DNA of 64,000 nucleotides from Anthoceros angustus (GCA_010909165.1 VJWM01000234.1:124001-188000), one strand, 5' to 3'. Counted from the stretch's first letter, positions 1-13,779 are shown. The notes: generated by a model not told the origin, from the sequence alone. Numbers and translations: made by a program.

Positions 1-494
1 CGTGCTCACTGAGCAACGCAGGAAGAGGCGACCACTGTGGACGAGAGCAGTCGCAACTCCCAGAGGCTGGCAGCCCAACAACCACGCTGGCCGAGCTTCT
101 GACTCAAGGAACCAAGAGGCGGAAGCGCCCAGACTTGCTGGGCCGTGTTCTTGCCTCCGCTGACCTGAAAGTGGAGGCGGAGGAAGCAAGAAGGCGGAAA
201 GGACACCGCCCAAGTGAGGGAGGGCATCAACAGCCCCCACCCGAGCCTGGCCCTGCCTCCGACCGGAGGGGCAGGGCCAGCCCCGACCCTTCACTCTCCC
301 GAGCCCTGTGCGGAGGAGGGCGGAGAAGGAGTCATACCAAGAGGGCCAAAGAAGTAGAGGCTCCGGATCACACTTCAGACCCGAGGTCCCCGATTGATCC
401 CGGAGTAGTCCGACTCCCTCCCGACCGCAGACGGTCCTTGATTGGACGATCGGGAGATGCCCACCTGACTTCGGTATCTCCGGGCGGCCAGGAA

Positions 495-3400
495 GAAACA
501 CTGGGAGTTACATACTCGCCTCGTGGTAGATATAGCGAATGCACGATCGCAAACGAGATCGCCATGAGATCGCCTCCAAAGCACGTGAAGACATAACTCG
601 ATGTGGACCTCCTTTGTCCATATCCTCATAATCAGATCTGTACCCAACCACACATGCATCTTCACTACCAAAACATATGCACAAAAGCTTTTGTACCATT
701 CGGATACCTCATAACTCCTTTTCACGCCTCCCAATGCTTCTTGCGAGGTTTGACATAAACACCGCTAACCACTCCACTGCAAAGGCAATGGCGTGTAGCA
801 ATCATTGCATACATCAAACTCCCTCTGGTGATGAGTATGGGACCTTCTCCATTTCGACTTTGTCCTCCTCGAGCTTGGGCAATCCGGCTTGAAAGTTTCA
901 CATATGGAGGCAATGGGTACCCAATGGTTTCTTCCATGTTGAAGCGTTGAAGCACTGTGTTAATGTATTAAAATGCGAGACAAATAAAGCGGCGCTTGTA
1001 TGCATTCGGCGAATCGCATGCCAAGTATATGGCTCGCCTCTCCCAAGTCATTTTCAAAGTGAGCATTCAACTTTGACTTCAAGAAATCTCATCGATCTTG
1101 TTAATTAGCATATCATCATAGAGGATCAAAATGAGCAAGCTTTGATCCTTAGCTTGCTCGTATAGAGGCAATGATCCTCTCATCGCTTCGTTTGTAGCCT
1201 TGAGAAAGCATAAATGAGTGGAACTTGTGATACCACTCTCGGGTTCTGTTTCAAACCATAAATCCTCAACCGCACACGGATGCTCTTTGCCCTTCTCAAC
1301 AAAACCTTAGTCTTTGCATGTACGTCCTCTTGAAGGTCACCATGCAAGAATGCCGTCTTGACATCCATCGTACAAGTTCCATATCATTCCCAAAGCAAGA
1401 ACACATAAAGTTGTCATTTTGACTCTTTGGTGAGAAAATCTCATCAAAGTCAATGCACAGTTGTTGCTTGAAACCCTTAGCAACCAATCGTGCCTTGTAC
1501 TTTGGTTTGCCATCATGAGGTATGACCTTCATCTTGTACACCCATTTGCGGTAGTGCCTTCTTATCCAACACCAACTCCCAAGTTTGGTTCTTATCGTGA
1601 TCATTACATTGCATGGCCTTCTCCCACTCTCTTTGTTACTCGTTGACATGGCCTCTTTGTAAGAAGAGGGTTCCCCACAATCTGTCCATAATCCGAGATG
1701 GATCATACACAGGAGGTGGTGTAATCTGCCCGCGACTCTGACCACCTCTATAGGGTGCTTGTTCGACTCTTGGTTCATCTCGTGGAGGAATGTGCTCACA
1801 TTACCACAGTTATCAACCTGATGATCATGTCCATCTTCTTGGAAGATCACCCTTCGCACCTCCACGGTTGGAGTAGGCTTCGCATCTTGTTCTCATTGAA
1901 GAACACGTCGTTAGTCTGAACAACCTTTCTAGCTCTGGATCCCACAAGCGGTATCCCATCACTCACGAATCATAGCCAAGAAAAATACATTTCTTGGACT
2001 TAGGTGCCAACTTGTCGAAACTCTTTTGGAACATGGCGGTATGCCTCACAAAACACTTTCGCAGATGCTTGTAGGATGGTTTCTTTCGGACCATAGCTCC
2101 TGGAACACCTTTTCAATGACCTTATTAGGAGATCATTAATAAGATGAACTGCGATGAACAATACGCCCAAAACCCATTAGGCAATCGAGTTTGACAACAC
2201 TCGCATCCTCTCTGAATGGTTACATTCTCATCCGTCACCATTTTGTGGAGGAGTATCTGGTATGATCTTTGATTCTCTTTTGATTGGAATCACGGAATGG
2301 GAAAGCTTTGAAACATACTCTCCACCATTATCGTCATGACACTTCAATCTGGTGATTCTCTACAAGGGTGACAAATTTAAAAACAGTCGAACTTCATCCT
2401 TTTTCCTCAAAGGATAAACCCACACCTTGCGTGAGAAATCATCTATGAAAGTGACAAAATAGGAGGCCGCCTAATGATGCGATGAGCATAGGTCCACATA
2501 CATCACATGAACCAACTCAAGAGGTTTACTTCTACTTTTACTCTTGTTCGATGTGATGATTTTGTCATTTTCCCATATAAGCAGTGCTCACACATCGAGA
2601 GAAGTTAAGAATAGGATATAACGAGCGAGATAAAACCTTCATTCCCTTAGACACATATGTCCTGCAATGCCACAAGGAAACATTTGGTGCTCATTATATC
2701 ACATGATCTTTTGGATGTTTACAAGTGAGTACAAAGTGCCACACTTGATCCGAAACTAAGAGAACCTTTGGAGATCTTCCAAGAGTGATCCCCAAACCAG
2801 CGTAAGTAATCCAGCATCCGCTAATCATGCTCTTTGTCAACTTGAACATGCCTAACGTCCTTGACATGAATGAAGATCCGTTGTCAAACTTGAGTTGCGC
2901 ACATCGCTGCGATCGGCATGCGTAGTTATTTCAAGCCTAACGCATCCTTTCCTTGTAGCATCATCGTGCTAAACCACTCTCTATGAGGAGTAACATGGAA
3001 AGATGCACGAGTCAATTATCAATTGCGAATAAATGACTATCCACGGTATTAATTGCGGCATTCAAGTAAGAGATAAGGACATCTCCCTCTCAAATTTAAC
3101 TCTTCCAACGAAATTATTCTTGTCCTGCTTCTTCTCTTTTCCTTGGTCCTTTTGAACTTCGCACTCTCTTTGAAGTGACCTTTTGTGACAATAGTGACAC
3201 TCCACATTCTTATTCGACTACAGTTTACTTTCTGAGAAAAGCACATCCGGTTGCTTCCCATGATGGACCTCCCTCTCACTATGAGGGCACTGGAACCTTT
3301 GGAAGGTTCCATATTTTTCTGTTCACCTCCTCGGTTAACGAGGCTACCTTCTACATTACTGATGGTAAGACCACTAGCGAGGCGAGTAAGTGAAATTACT

Positions 3401-3800
3401 GTCCCAACTCTCTACGGTAATGTGACCCAGCGCATAGCTCTCACGGAATGCAGGAATGCGATACCTTGAGATGAGGAGTGGTGAAAATAGTATTGAAATC
3501 ATTCGGATGATCGGACATCCTTCCTTCCTTCATCTTCAAGTCCACTCAACCAATACGAACCCGCACAGCTTCTGCATCTGGTCGCTGACCACGCCAGGGT
3601 TTGTGGTCTTATCTTTGCGTTGAAGTACAATTTTGTGATATTAGCATGATAGTGAATCTATGAGCTCATCCGGTCCCGCCACTCATCCGCCATACTATAC
3701 GCTTTGGCCCCAGGCGATGCTTTACGCACTGGAACATTATACACTTGTTCTTTCCAGCAGGAAGTTAGTACCATCTAACTTCGATATTGACATGGCGTTT
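495..3800 (-). pseudogene. Copia gag-pol, frameshifted in this sequence
   Basis: Motifs as above spread over several frames; boundaries approximate. Confidence 0.8.
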
Positions 3801-4251
3801 TCATTGATGAAGACATTTAAAAAACGTCTGATAAACACCGCACCGCCTTGTTCGTCAAGAAAAGCGATCGTGCGTGCCCGTTTATTTTTGTTGTTATTTC
3901 CACCGGGTATTCCGCTGAATATTTTGCCTTGGCTTACTTTCGCCGCTTCGATTATTTGTGCAGGTTCTTGAAACCGCCAGCGCTCGCCCCTTTCCTTCGC
4001 GGCGTTGCTCAGCAACTCTGCTTGCTGCGTACTACGGAGAGTCACTGGGGGTCAGCGCTGGTCATGGCTGGCCGTATGCCTGTGCCTGTGCGCCACGCTG
4101 CCGCGCCCCGCACTGCCGCTGCCCGGCCACAGGCCAGCCCAGCCTGCATGCAGCACCATGTGTGCCACATGCACGCGGCACCCATGACCCGGCATGTGTA
4201 CGCCTTGGCCCTCTGGCCCACGCCGTTGGCTTAGCCGGCGTCGGTGATCCA

Positions 4252-4485
4252 TGATATGGTGAAAGAGAGAGGAAGAGGAGGCAAGTAGCTCTTTCACATT
4301 GAGATGAGGCTTGAGGATGTATTTATACCTCTCCAACATGGCTCCCTAGGAAGCTCCACAAAAGCCACTAGGAAGGAGCACAAGAAGCTTCCTAGTGATT
4401 GCGCGGCTAAACTAATGATATAAGCGACACCTAACTTAGACTAAGTGTATTAGTCAAAGTACATTGAGCTTTAATACTCCTTACA
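4252..4485 (-). repeat. Probable 5' LTR of the Copia element
   Basis: Starts TGTAAGGAG on minus (4485) and ends CA next to a garbled iMet-type PBS (~4240-4251); TATAAAT on minus at ~4321-4327. No partner LTR in the window. Confidence 0.55.
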
Positions 4486-4489
4486 CGGA

Positions 4490-5465
4490 CTCATTTAGAC
4501 AAAATTACACTTCGGGAGGAAGAGATCCATTTCAAACTGATCGATCCAAGGTAAAGGAAGGGCGAGTAGGCGATCACCGGAGCAAGGACACATCTGGAAC
4601 CGAGCACGTGAAAAGCACTCCACCAGGATGTGAAATTATCAACGGGAGGATACGGATTATTCCGACCCCAAGTGAGGAGTGACTACCTGGCGGAGAACAA
4701 CTGGATGCTGTACAAGACAGGAAGACGATAGCAAGGGAGAGGGCCCTCCGAACGACGAGGTGGTGGAGCCCGAAGAAGTGACCCGTTTCACCTCAAACGA
4801 GCTCTTCCGGGAGTGGGGAATGCGGGAGGATGAACCCCGGATGGAGGATGAAGGGTTTGGACGTAGCAAAGTTGCGAGGGAAAGGGAGACAGTCAATCCG
4901 AACGATGTAGAAGACGTGGAGGTACGACCTGGCAAGTTCCTAAAGTTCCGGAAGGGCATGCCAACGGAGTTGAAGCGAGACCTCACACAGCTGTTAGGGG
5001 AGTTCAGCGAGGTATTTGCTTTCAAGGTCACGGATATGAAGGGCATCCCGAAACAGTGGGGAGAACAGCGGATAGACCTAAAGTAAGGTGCTGCTGCAAG
5101 ACAAATCAATCCCAAACACTCGCTGAAGGTCAAGGAGGTCCTGGACAAATACTTGGAGGCGGACATCATCTTCCCGATCGTAAATAGCGAATGGGTAGCA
5201 TCCATTGTTGTGGTGCCAAGAAAATGTTCTCGATGATTCAAGGCCTCGCCAGATTGGAGGAAACTCAATGCCGCCACCGAGAAGGACCACTTTCCCATGC
5301 CTTTCGTGGATGACATACTGGACAAGGTGGCAGGCCGGAGTACTTACTCCTTCCTAGATGGCTACTCCGGCTATAATCAACTATACCGAGGAGCTCTGAT
5401 CGACAAGACAACGCTCACGACGAGTGGGGACGTCACACAAGAGAAGCGCCTCGATGACGGAGCGC
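4490..5465 (+). mobile_element. Ty3/Gypsy pol fragment (protease end, RT N-half), interrupted by a Copia insertion
   Basis: EVFAFKVTDMKGIP, MPFVDDILDKVAGRSTYSFLDGYSGYNQ; continues at 11833. Confidence 0.9.
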
Positions 5466-5736
5466 TGATGAAATATGACCTATTTAGGGCACTCTTCACT
5501 AGGGCACCTAAGACTATTAATTGATTTAGTTCTTAGGGCTTTAGGTAGTTTATTGAGTAGTTAAACCACTTAGAGGTTAGAACTACTTATGGTTACAACC
5601 ACCTTATGGTTATAACCACTTAGCCTATATAAAGGCTTTGTACTTTCTATTATTATCAATGCATACAACTCTTTTGTGCAAAGCTTTCTACTATCACTTG
5701 CTATGTTTTGCTACCTAGAGCTATGATTCATCATCA
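5466..5736 (+). repeat. 5' LTR (~271 bp)
   Basis: TGATGAAATATGACC...TCATCA; matches 11554-11832; contains CCTATATAAAG. Confidence 0.95.
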
Positions 5737-5748
5737 TGGTATCGAGCC
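5737..5748 (+). promoter_or_regulatory. Primer-binding site, tRNA-iMet type
   Basis: TGGTATCGAGCC directly after the LTR (canonical TGGTATCAGAGC with one base missing). Confidence 0.9.
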
Positions 5749-5899
5749 TTTTCTGTTGCATTGGGCAACTTGACATCTGATCTACTCTTCTTCTTCATCT
5801 TCTTCTTCATTTCTTTTTAGAAGATGCATAGATTCTTTAGATTGCATGTCATAGATTGTCATCATGTTTGCAGTTCCTTAATCTTCAATAATGCACAGT

Positions 5900-8800
5900 G
5901 CATCCAATCCTTGCTTCAACGCGATGGACCCTTCAATCCTCGCAAGCAAGGCTATTGGAAGAAGATTAAGGCTGCAAGACAAGATACAGAATATAGGAAT
6001 GCAAAGATTAGAATTGCTAGGAAGTATAGCTAGATAGTAGGAGATTCTATACTTATTGCTAACTTCATTAGCTCTATTCTAATCAAAGTAGAAGATCAAG
6101 GAAGGCAGATAGAAATTGCTAGAAGAAACTTGCTTACTATCTTTAGTTTAAGTCAAGTGAAAGCAATAGAACTCGCTCTTGATCATATCCCAAATCTACA
6201 TGCGGTGTCCTCTTCCTCTTCGTCTCCAATGCGGAGTTCACAACAACGCAACAAGCATAGAGGATTTATCAAGAAGTGCGTGATCTCAATGGCGCCTCCG
6301 AGCCGATCCACACATGCCGAAATGTCTTCATCACAAACTTTCCCTTATTGCCGTCATCCCGACAAACACGCAGAGAAAAGATTCTTCTTGCTTTCCTTCT
6401 GATGTTCATGCATGATGATGAAATCGAGGCGCTCGCCTTTCTCTAAGCTGCAGTACATCATGAGCCCAAGTCCGATTCGGCCGGTGATATCTGGGAAGGC
6501 GGAAGGGAGCGAGGGCAGATGAAGTTCTCCTTCAATAGACACCTTATTCCACCAAACAAATCTCATGGCGAATCCACCTCTTCCACGCCTTCGGAGGTAA
6601 CAAAAGAGTGGAATTATTTGTAATTGGTGCGAATTCCTAATCACATGGAAAAGTAGAAAGAAGAAGAATGGGAACCTAGATCGAGGCCCGCCGCTCATGT
6701 TGCTTGAAGAAACACTCTTCATCAACAACACGTGCTCACTATTTGCCTTGCATCCTCTAAGCCGGCCACCGCTTATTGGTACAGACGGTGGAGCAACATC
6801 ACATATCTGCTACAACAAAGACTCCTTGAGTCATACACAGAAGATGGACTCATAGATTCTTGGTGATCACACATTATCTAGCCTCCCAACATTGCCAACC
6901 AACACACGATGCTCGCATTGTAGATTAGGTCATCCTAATGTGATTACTCCATGTCTAGAGACAACCTTCACCCTGTCTCCAGTTCACAACTTAGATTGGT
7001 GAAAACCATTGTCCTCACAAAACATCACCAAGAACCTTTCAAAATCCATCTCCTGCCAAGTCACCTTTAGAATAGAACACATACATTTGTGGATCTCTAC
7101 ACCCTAATGGTAGTAGATGCTTCAACTTTTACCGAATTCCGTAGCCTCTCCACATCCTCACCCAAAAGAGTGAAACTTATCGCAATTCAGGATTATAGCT
7201 GGTCACCTTAAGAAAACTCAGAGACAACTCACACACCTTGTTCCCCAAGGTTCACACTTAGAGCTGCAGTCACAAAAGCATCCATCACCAAAATCCATTT
7301 GAAAGTCACTAGAATCCCCTCCAAAGACACATAGTAGATACTTAACTTATCTTGGTGGATCCTTCTCTCCACCCTCTCTCTCGCATGTTGTTGCTCCTCT
7401 CTCATCGGATTTCTGGCATGGGCGTAAAGGCTTCTGATCACAAACTCAAGACCTTACGTTCCGACAACGGTGGAGTTTACATCTCATAGATTTGCTGAAT
7501 TTTGTCGAGCAGGCGTAGCTCAACAAGTGTAGTATACACTCCTCAGAAATGGCGTGTGAAAATAAGAATCTCCGCCTCCAAGAGATCACGGGTTGCTGTT
7601 AACACAAGCTAACTTATCCAAAGCTTATTGGTGAGGCCCTCCTTACGACAACCTATCTCATGAATCGCGACTTCGAGTTCAAGGTATGACTCCATATGAA
7701 GCATTCACCGGCAACAAGCCTTCCATAGATCACCTTGATTTTTGGATCTCAGCATATGTCTTTATCCCTAAAGTACAACGAAGTTAGATCCAAAAATGCC
7801 AAATATCTATTTGGCTACACAAGGCATCAAAGGTTACAAGCTATTTGAACCCACCACGGAAGCTTATATATGCCGAGTGTTACTTTTCATGAGTCTTACC
7901 TCTTTTCCCCAGTGGGGGTGGTACATCCGAGGGCGTCTCTTCCAAGAGCCCTCGAGATACCTCCTCATTTGATGATATCGATTATATCACTCAATTTCCA
8001 GTTCACTGCTCGTGTTCCGTAGTTGAACCTCTTGCGGAGGAGGAGGAGTTAGCATCTATTCCATGAAACACCACCGGATGGCGACAACATTCAAGTCGAG
8101 GAGCCGGTTGACACTCTTATGAAGAGCATGATGACCCTCCGTGAATGACATGGAGCACCATGATCCTATTGATGTTCCTCCGATGGAAGATGCACCGTAA
8201 CCTACACAAAGGTACAACTTAAGAACCCGTCCGCAATCCCGGACCCGCGGGATGGAAGGAACCTCCTTTAGGATATCTAGCTGTTTTGATGATCCTATTC
8301 CCCTGTATCACTTTACTCACAAGCTGTATACAGGCAACCATAGATCAAGAACCTCTTACCTTAAAACAAGCTTTCTCTTCTCCGAAAAGCCTTATGGAAG
8401 GTAGTAGATTCGAATATAACTCTCTCATTAGTAACTCTACATGGGAATTGGTTAAGCCACCTAAGGGTAGGAAGATAGTCACCAAATGGGTATTCAAAAA
8501 TTAAGAGAAAAGGAGATGGTTCCATTGAGAGATACACGCGCCTTGTGGCGATTCACCCGGATCGGGTTTAGATTACCTCCCATGGGCCATTCCAGAGTAA
8601 AGTTTGCTTCCCTTAGAATAATCTTCGCCTTATGACCCATCATGATCTTGAGCTCCATATGATGGATGTGAAGACAACATATCTCTATGGCCGTCTTCAA
8701 GAAGAAATCTACATGAAACAGCCCAAGGTTATGAGGTTAAAGGCAAGGAAGATTGGGTATGCAGACTAATTAAAGGCTTGTATGGCCTTAAGCAATCGGT

Positions 8801-9820
8801 AAAATTGGAATATGGACATACATGTGAAACTCATCAAAGAGGCTTCCGCAAAGTGATGCCGATGCATGCATGTATATCCTAATATCGCAATGATACCTTT
8901 TACTTATTGCTCTCGTCGACGTATGGCCACAAACTCTCTTACTCTCCTAGCCGAGATCAAAAGTCGGCTCAAGACTTTTATGAAATGTCGATTTAGAGAA
9001 ATGACATATGCACTTGGTGTCAACATTATTAGAGATCGAGCAAACAAGACTCGAGTATTGTTCAAACCAAGTACATTAAAGAAAGTTTAACCAAGTTTGG
9101 ACTTGAAGATGCGAAACGCTACACCTTTGCTAGCGGGGTCAGCTTACCATGGATATGAGTCCAAAGACAAGACAAGATAAGTTGGAAATGTCGCATCCCA
9201 TATCGACATCTTGTTGGCACACTTATATATTTATCCAACTTTACTCGACCAGATATATCTTTCGGTCATTCACAATTCACGGAGAACCACGGGCGTGAAC
9301 ACCGGATGTCAACTAAGCGCATATTCGATACCTCAAGGGTACCATGCACAGGATTGACATTCAAGTATACACCGAGCATAAAGAGGCGTTGACATTAACT
9401 TACGCCGACTATCTTTGGTGGACCTCGTGATCCGTGTCGAGTTACGTCGCTATTGGGGAGCACGATATCTGGTCAAGTAAGAAACAACCAACCATAGCCT
9501 TGTCCAAGCCGAGTCGAGTATAGAGTACTAACCTCAGTTGCTAAAGACATAGTATGGACTAGGCTAACCTTGAGTGAACTTCATCACAAGCAGGAAAAGC
9601 CCACCTTGTTGTTGAGTGATAGTCAGGGAGCTATAGCCTTGTCAAGGAACCCTGTCTTCCACTCTAGAACTAAACATATTGCGTTGTCGAATATCATTAC
9701 ATCGGAGAGAAAATAGAGGATAAAACTATAGATATTAGTTATGTTCAAACTTTAGATAACGCAGTTGATTTATTAACAAAGTCACTAGGCATTGAACGCA
9801 GAAACATATGAAATGTTTAG
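5900..9820 (+). pseudogene. Copia gag-pol, frameshifted in this sequence
   Basis: CCHC knuckle ~6610-6655, protease DGGATSHIC ~6790, RLGHPN ~6920, LRSDNGG ~7455, WELVKPPKGRKIV ~8440, MDVKT ~8663, SDSQGAIALSRNPVFHSRTKHI ~9615-9682. Confidence 0.88.
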
Positions 9821-9899
9821 GTATATTGGACACATTGTCTAAGCCTCCACTATAGTTCATCCTAGCGACTAAATTGGTCTACTTGAGATAACCTTAGTA

Positions 9900-10860
9900 A
9901 GTCCAATATTCTATTCTAAGTCTTGAACAATCATCCTCAATCTCTTAACATAGGCTTTATCCTCGTCCTCTCCTTCATACATAGTTGAGGCTCTAGAAAA
10001 TAATATTAAAATATTAAATAATATTTTGCTAATTAAAACTTTTCCATATTTTCTTAACCTCAAGAATACTCACGATAGACATGGATCATATGCGGAAATT
10101 CTTCACAGCATACATAACATATCATGTATCTTAGTTTCACCGGCAAACATAGGAGCATGGTGGTGCAATTCTCCCTTTCATATTAGTGATTATATAGATG
10201 AGCTTCACATCATCACCCTTGGGATATATGCGGGTTTCCGAACCCTATGTTTCCTATTCTATGTGTCTTCTTGGGGCGGAAAAGAAACCTAAAAATGGGC
10301 AAGTTTTAGCAAGAGAAAAATAAGTTAGAACACCTTTTTAGAATCACAAAAGCATGTCTACCTTTTCATTTTTCTCATTTTCTTCATTTTCATTTTCATT
10401 TTCCTTTTTCCCATAATTTTCCATACATAAATCTGCAAAAATAGTATCAGAAAATTCATCACAATTAATATTTTTGAAACTGAAAATGGTCATTTGAAGA
10501 TGCCCACAAACGGGCTTACAACTAGGTGCCTCTCCCTCATGACAAAGGGGGCATCCATCTGCTCAAGGTGCCTCCCTTCACGGAGGAATGCCTTATACCA
10601 TATCTTACTTGAGATTCAGCCTCTCCATCATGAGCGGGAAGCCCTTCAATGAAGATTCTTCCAAGCACTTGATCGAGAGAACAATCTCGATTTCTTCTCC
10701 ACAAGCTTTTGAATCTTCCTCGACGATCTCTCTCACACGTGGTGACGACATTTGATTGAGTGCTTGGGATTAGCGAGCACTTTGAGACAAATTGAGACAA
10801 GACATGGGGCATCTTTAATTTTCCGGCTTGGGTGAGACACTCCGCATATGGCAGCACTCA
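9900..10860 (-). other. Putative antisense multi-exon gene in the Copia 3' region
   Basis: GT-AG introns on minus at 10519-10433 and 10361-10289 flank a stop-free 71-bp exon (LCMENYGKKENENENEENEKNEK); a third acceptor at 9994-9993. Confidence 0.5.
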
Positions 10861-11544
10861 CACATCAATTGGCGATCTTCCGGCACTGCGACACCTCCAC
10901 CTCTCCGGTGACTTCAACATCAACGAGCTCCGGACCACTTCATCCCACGAAAGCGTGGTGGGCTCTCCACAAAGGTTGGAATCCATTTAGAGGCGGGAGG
11001 ATCACACGCCGAGGGGCGTCTGCTCTTGAGCGCGTCCCTCCCCGGGCGCCTCCTCTTCTTCTTCCACGCGTGGCCACTTCTACATGGCCGCACCACCGGG
11101 ATCCAGCACATGGGCGGGCGCCCGAGGGCCCGCGCCCTCCTGGCGCGCCCCCCAGTTTCTGGGCCATAGGCCAAGTTCTTTCTTTGCGGGAGCGCGGGAG
11201 GCGGGGAGGCGAGGCGAGGGAGGAATAAAACCGTATGGGAGGGTACATAACCCCCCCATGGCATACGGCATCATATGGCATGCCCATTAATGGGTTTTCA
11301 CTTTTACCTCTTGGTTTTTTAAGATTAACCTAGTTTAAGTTTTACTTTTACCTTTTTACCTTGTTTGGAATTTACCATTTCCTAATTAAGTTTTTGGTAA
11401 TTAATTTTGATTACATTAAATTCTGCTTAAATGTAACTTAAGCCAGTTTTAATTGTTTTCTTAGTTGGATAGCTTTCAAGTTAGTGGGAGCTAACTAGCC
11501 TTTTAGTCTCATTTTGAAGCCATTCTTCACACCTAGTTCATAGT

Positions 11545-11553
11545 GAGTGGGAG
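11545..11553 (+). promoter_or_regulatory. Polypurine tract
   Basis: GAGTGGGAG immediately before the 3' LTR. Confidence 0.8.
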
Positions 11554-11832
11554 TGATGAAATATGACCTATTTAGGGCACTCTTCACTAGGGCACCTAAG
11601 GCTATTAATTAATTTAGTTCTTAGGGCTTTAGGTAGTTTAATGAGTAGTTGTTACAACCACTTAGAGGTTAGAACTACTTATGGTTACAACCACCTTATG
11701 GTTATAACCACCTAGCCTATATAAAGGCTTTGTACTTTCTATTATTATCAATGCATACAACTCTTTTTGTGCAAAGCTTTCTACTATCTGCTTGCTATGT
11801 TTTGCTACCTAGAGCAGCTATGATTCTCATCA
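11554..11832 (+). repeat. 3' LTR (279 bp)
   Basis: Direct repeat of 5466-5736, followed by AGCGC. Confidence 0.95.
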
Positions 11833-12630
11833 AGCGCCGGGGTCATTCATGCGGATGGTGACCAATGTCTTCCGGGATTTCTTGAGGGACTTCATGGAGG
11901 TATTCCTGGACGACTTTTGTGTGCACGGTGAGGAGGACAAGCATGTTGGCCACCTGCGGAAGTGCTTGAGCAACAGGGAAACCCATGCCTCTGGGAGAAA
12001 TGCTACTTGACGGAGGAATCCTGCAGCATCGGCATCGTAGCGAGGATAGAGGTGGACCAAGACAAAGTCCGGGTCATCCAGTCCCTGCAACCGCCCACAA
12101 ATCTAAAGGAGTTGCGAGGATTCCTGGGCATGGTGGGTTACTACAGACGGTTCATTAAGGACTTTGCTAAGTTGCTGCCAATTTTGAGTTGCCCGGAAGG
12201 AGGAGGAGTGGGCTTGGACATCGGAGAGAGAGGCAGTTGAGTTTGCACCACCTTGATAAGTGCTCCAAGATGAAAGGTCCGGATCGGGGTGGCGGTTTCA
12301 CGTATATGTGGATGTGGCGTTTGCCACATCGGAGTTGTGCTCAGCCAAAAGGACGATCAGCGGAGGGATCATCCGATCTACTACGCTGGAAGGCAGCTCA
12401 CGCATGCGGAACGGAGGTACACTACCACGGAGTGGGAGGCGCTGGGTATGGTGTACGCGGTCAAGAAATTCAGGCACTACCTCCTACCCAACGAGTTTGT
12501 GTTCTATGTGGACCATTTTGCGCTCAAGCATCAAGTGAATAAGGCGGACCTGTCAGGGCGAATTGCGAGGTGGATTCTGTTACTCCAAGAGTTCACCTTC
12601 GAGGTGGAGACCGAGCGGCGGCACTAAAAC
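11833..12630 (+). mobile_element. Ty3/Gypsy pol continuation (RT C-half, RNase H)
   Basis: FMEVFLDDF, LRGFLGMVGYYRRFIKDFAK, YYAGRQLTHAERRYTTTEWEALGMVYAVKKFRHYL. Confidence 0.92.
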
Positions 12631-12637
12631 GCCGACT

Positions 12638-13660
12638 TCACGCCGCTAAATCGAGCCAGTCTGCCAAAATCGGAGGGCCTTCCCGCGAGAACCGGTGGCC
12701 ATGGAGGCACAGTGGAGGAGGCCTTGTCGGAAGAACCGCAAGCTTGTGGACGCCATTGCCACAGCGAAATGGAGAAGGGGAGCAGCCGGAGGGGACGGCC
12801 AACCTATGCGGAGCTGGAGCGGTACCTGTGGGAGATGGAGATGCCAAGCGGATTGACTCGTAGCCAACAATAGGCCTTCGTGCACTATGCCCGCCCTTCT
12901 TGGATGTATAACGGACCTCTCCTCTTTCTTGCTCCTGTGGGGGAAAAGATTCCCACTCCGGCAACCTTGTTGCCTCCACATCCTCCTCCCTTGCTCCTAG
13001 CATGCTTGTGGAGGTCTGACCTCCCACTGTCTTCCTCAAGGCAAAAGGCAAAGGCCTTTCCAAACTGGGCTGGAGATGAATTATCTCCGAAGGATGCCAA
13101 GCATCTTCCAACTCCTTGCTTGTGAGAAGCCCTTCCGTTTCCCACAAATGCACCAAATAGGTGCTAAGGTAGCAGGGCCTTGGCCCTTCCTCATCCACCG
13201 AATTTGGCTTGAGGAGCTTTTCCCGGTGGTGGATATAGGCTTCATACATGATGGTGCCCCAATCTGGCTTGGCTCCTCTCGAAATCTTCCACAAAAATTG
13301 CAGGAAGTTGGTGCTGAAATAGGACGTCCTCTGGTAGTTTACCAACCCCAACACAATCTTCGCAAAGAGCCTCCACTTCAGCTCTTTGATGCTGTCTGTT
13401 TTCCAGCCATTCTTGGCATGGGCCTTCACTCCTCCGTCCATCATGTCGAGGAGCTCTTGTGGAATGTCGAGAGGCCGCCTCTTTCCTCCATTCAACCTTC
13501 GAGGAGAGCAATTCCCGAGCTCTCCTCCGCCTCAGACACTGCCGAATGCTTCTACGGTCCAGCAGCCGAGGATCCGTCGAAAGCATTCTTTTCCGTAACG
13601 CAGAGGTCGCCCGATTGATGGAGGTTGATGTAACACTCCTCAATCAATTCCAATCCCTGA
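12638..13660 (-). CDS. Gypsy accessory ORF2 fragment (plant transposon protein-like)
   Basis: 285-aa ORF 12638-13495 with KWRLFAKIVLG...GAKPDWGTIMYE; nucleotide homology to 32280-32900. Confidence 0.65.
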
Positions 13661-13779
13661 CGTCACACTGGAGTCGTCGAGGAAATCGAATTCCACCTTC
13701 AAAGACGGGCGGTTACCGTAATCGCGGTCGTGGTTGGCTCGTGTCTCCTCCGCCGCAGTTCGTGAACGACTCCCGCGCC

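Larger units (their letters stand above)
495..4485 (-). mobile_element. Ty1/Copia LTR retrotransposon, 3'-truncated inside RNase H
   Basis: Minus-strand gag (SISKLDGTNF, ~3800), integrase (TPQNG-like, ~2230-2250), RT (KARLVAKGF ~1470-1500; MDVKTAFLHGDL 1368-1333) and RNase H (AISWRSRL ~560), in Copia order; LTR-like end at 4485. Confidence 0.9.
5466..11832 (+). mobile_element. Complete Ty1/Copia LTR retrotransposon
   Basis: Two near-identical TG...CA LTRs, AGCGC duplicated at 5461-5465 and 11833-11837, PBS, PPT, internal gag-PR-INT-RT-RH. Confidence 0.97.

Noticed and set aside
1-495. 153-aa plus-strand ORF at the window start
   Set aside because: Low-complexity, no recognisable motif, and overlaps the antisense of Copia RNase H; probably a TE accessory fragment but not supportable.
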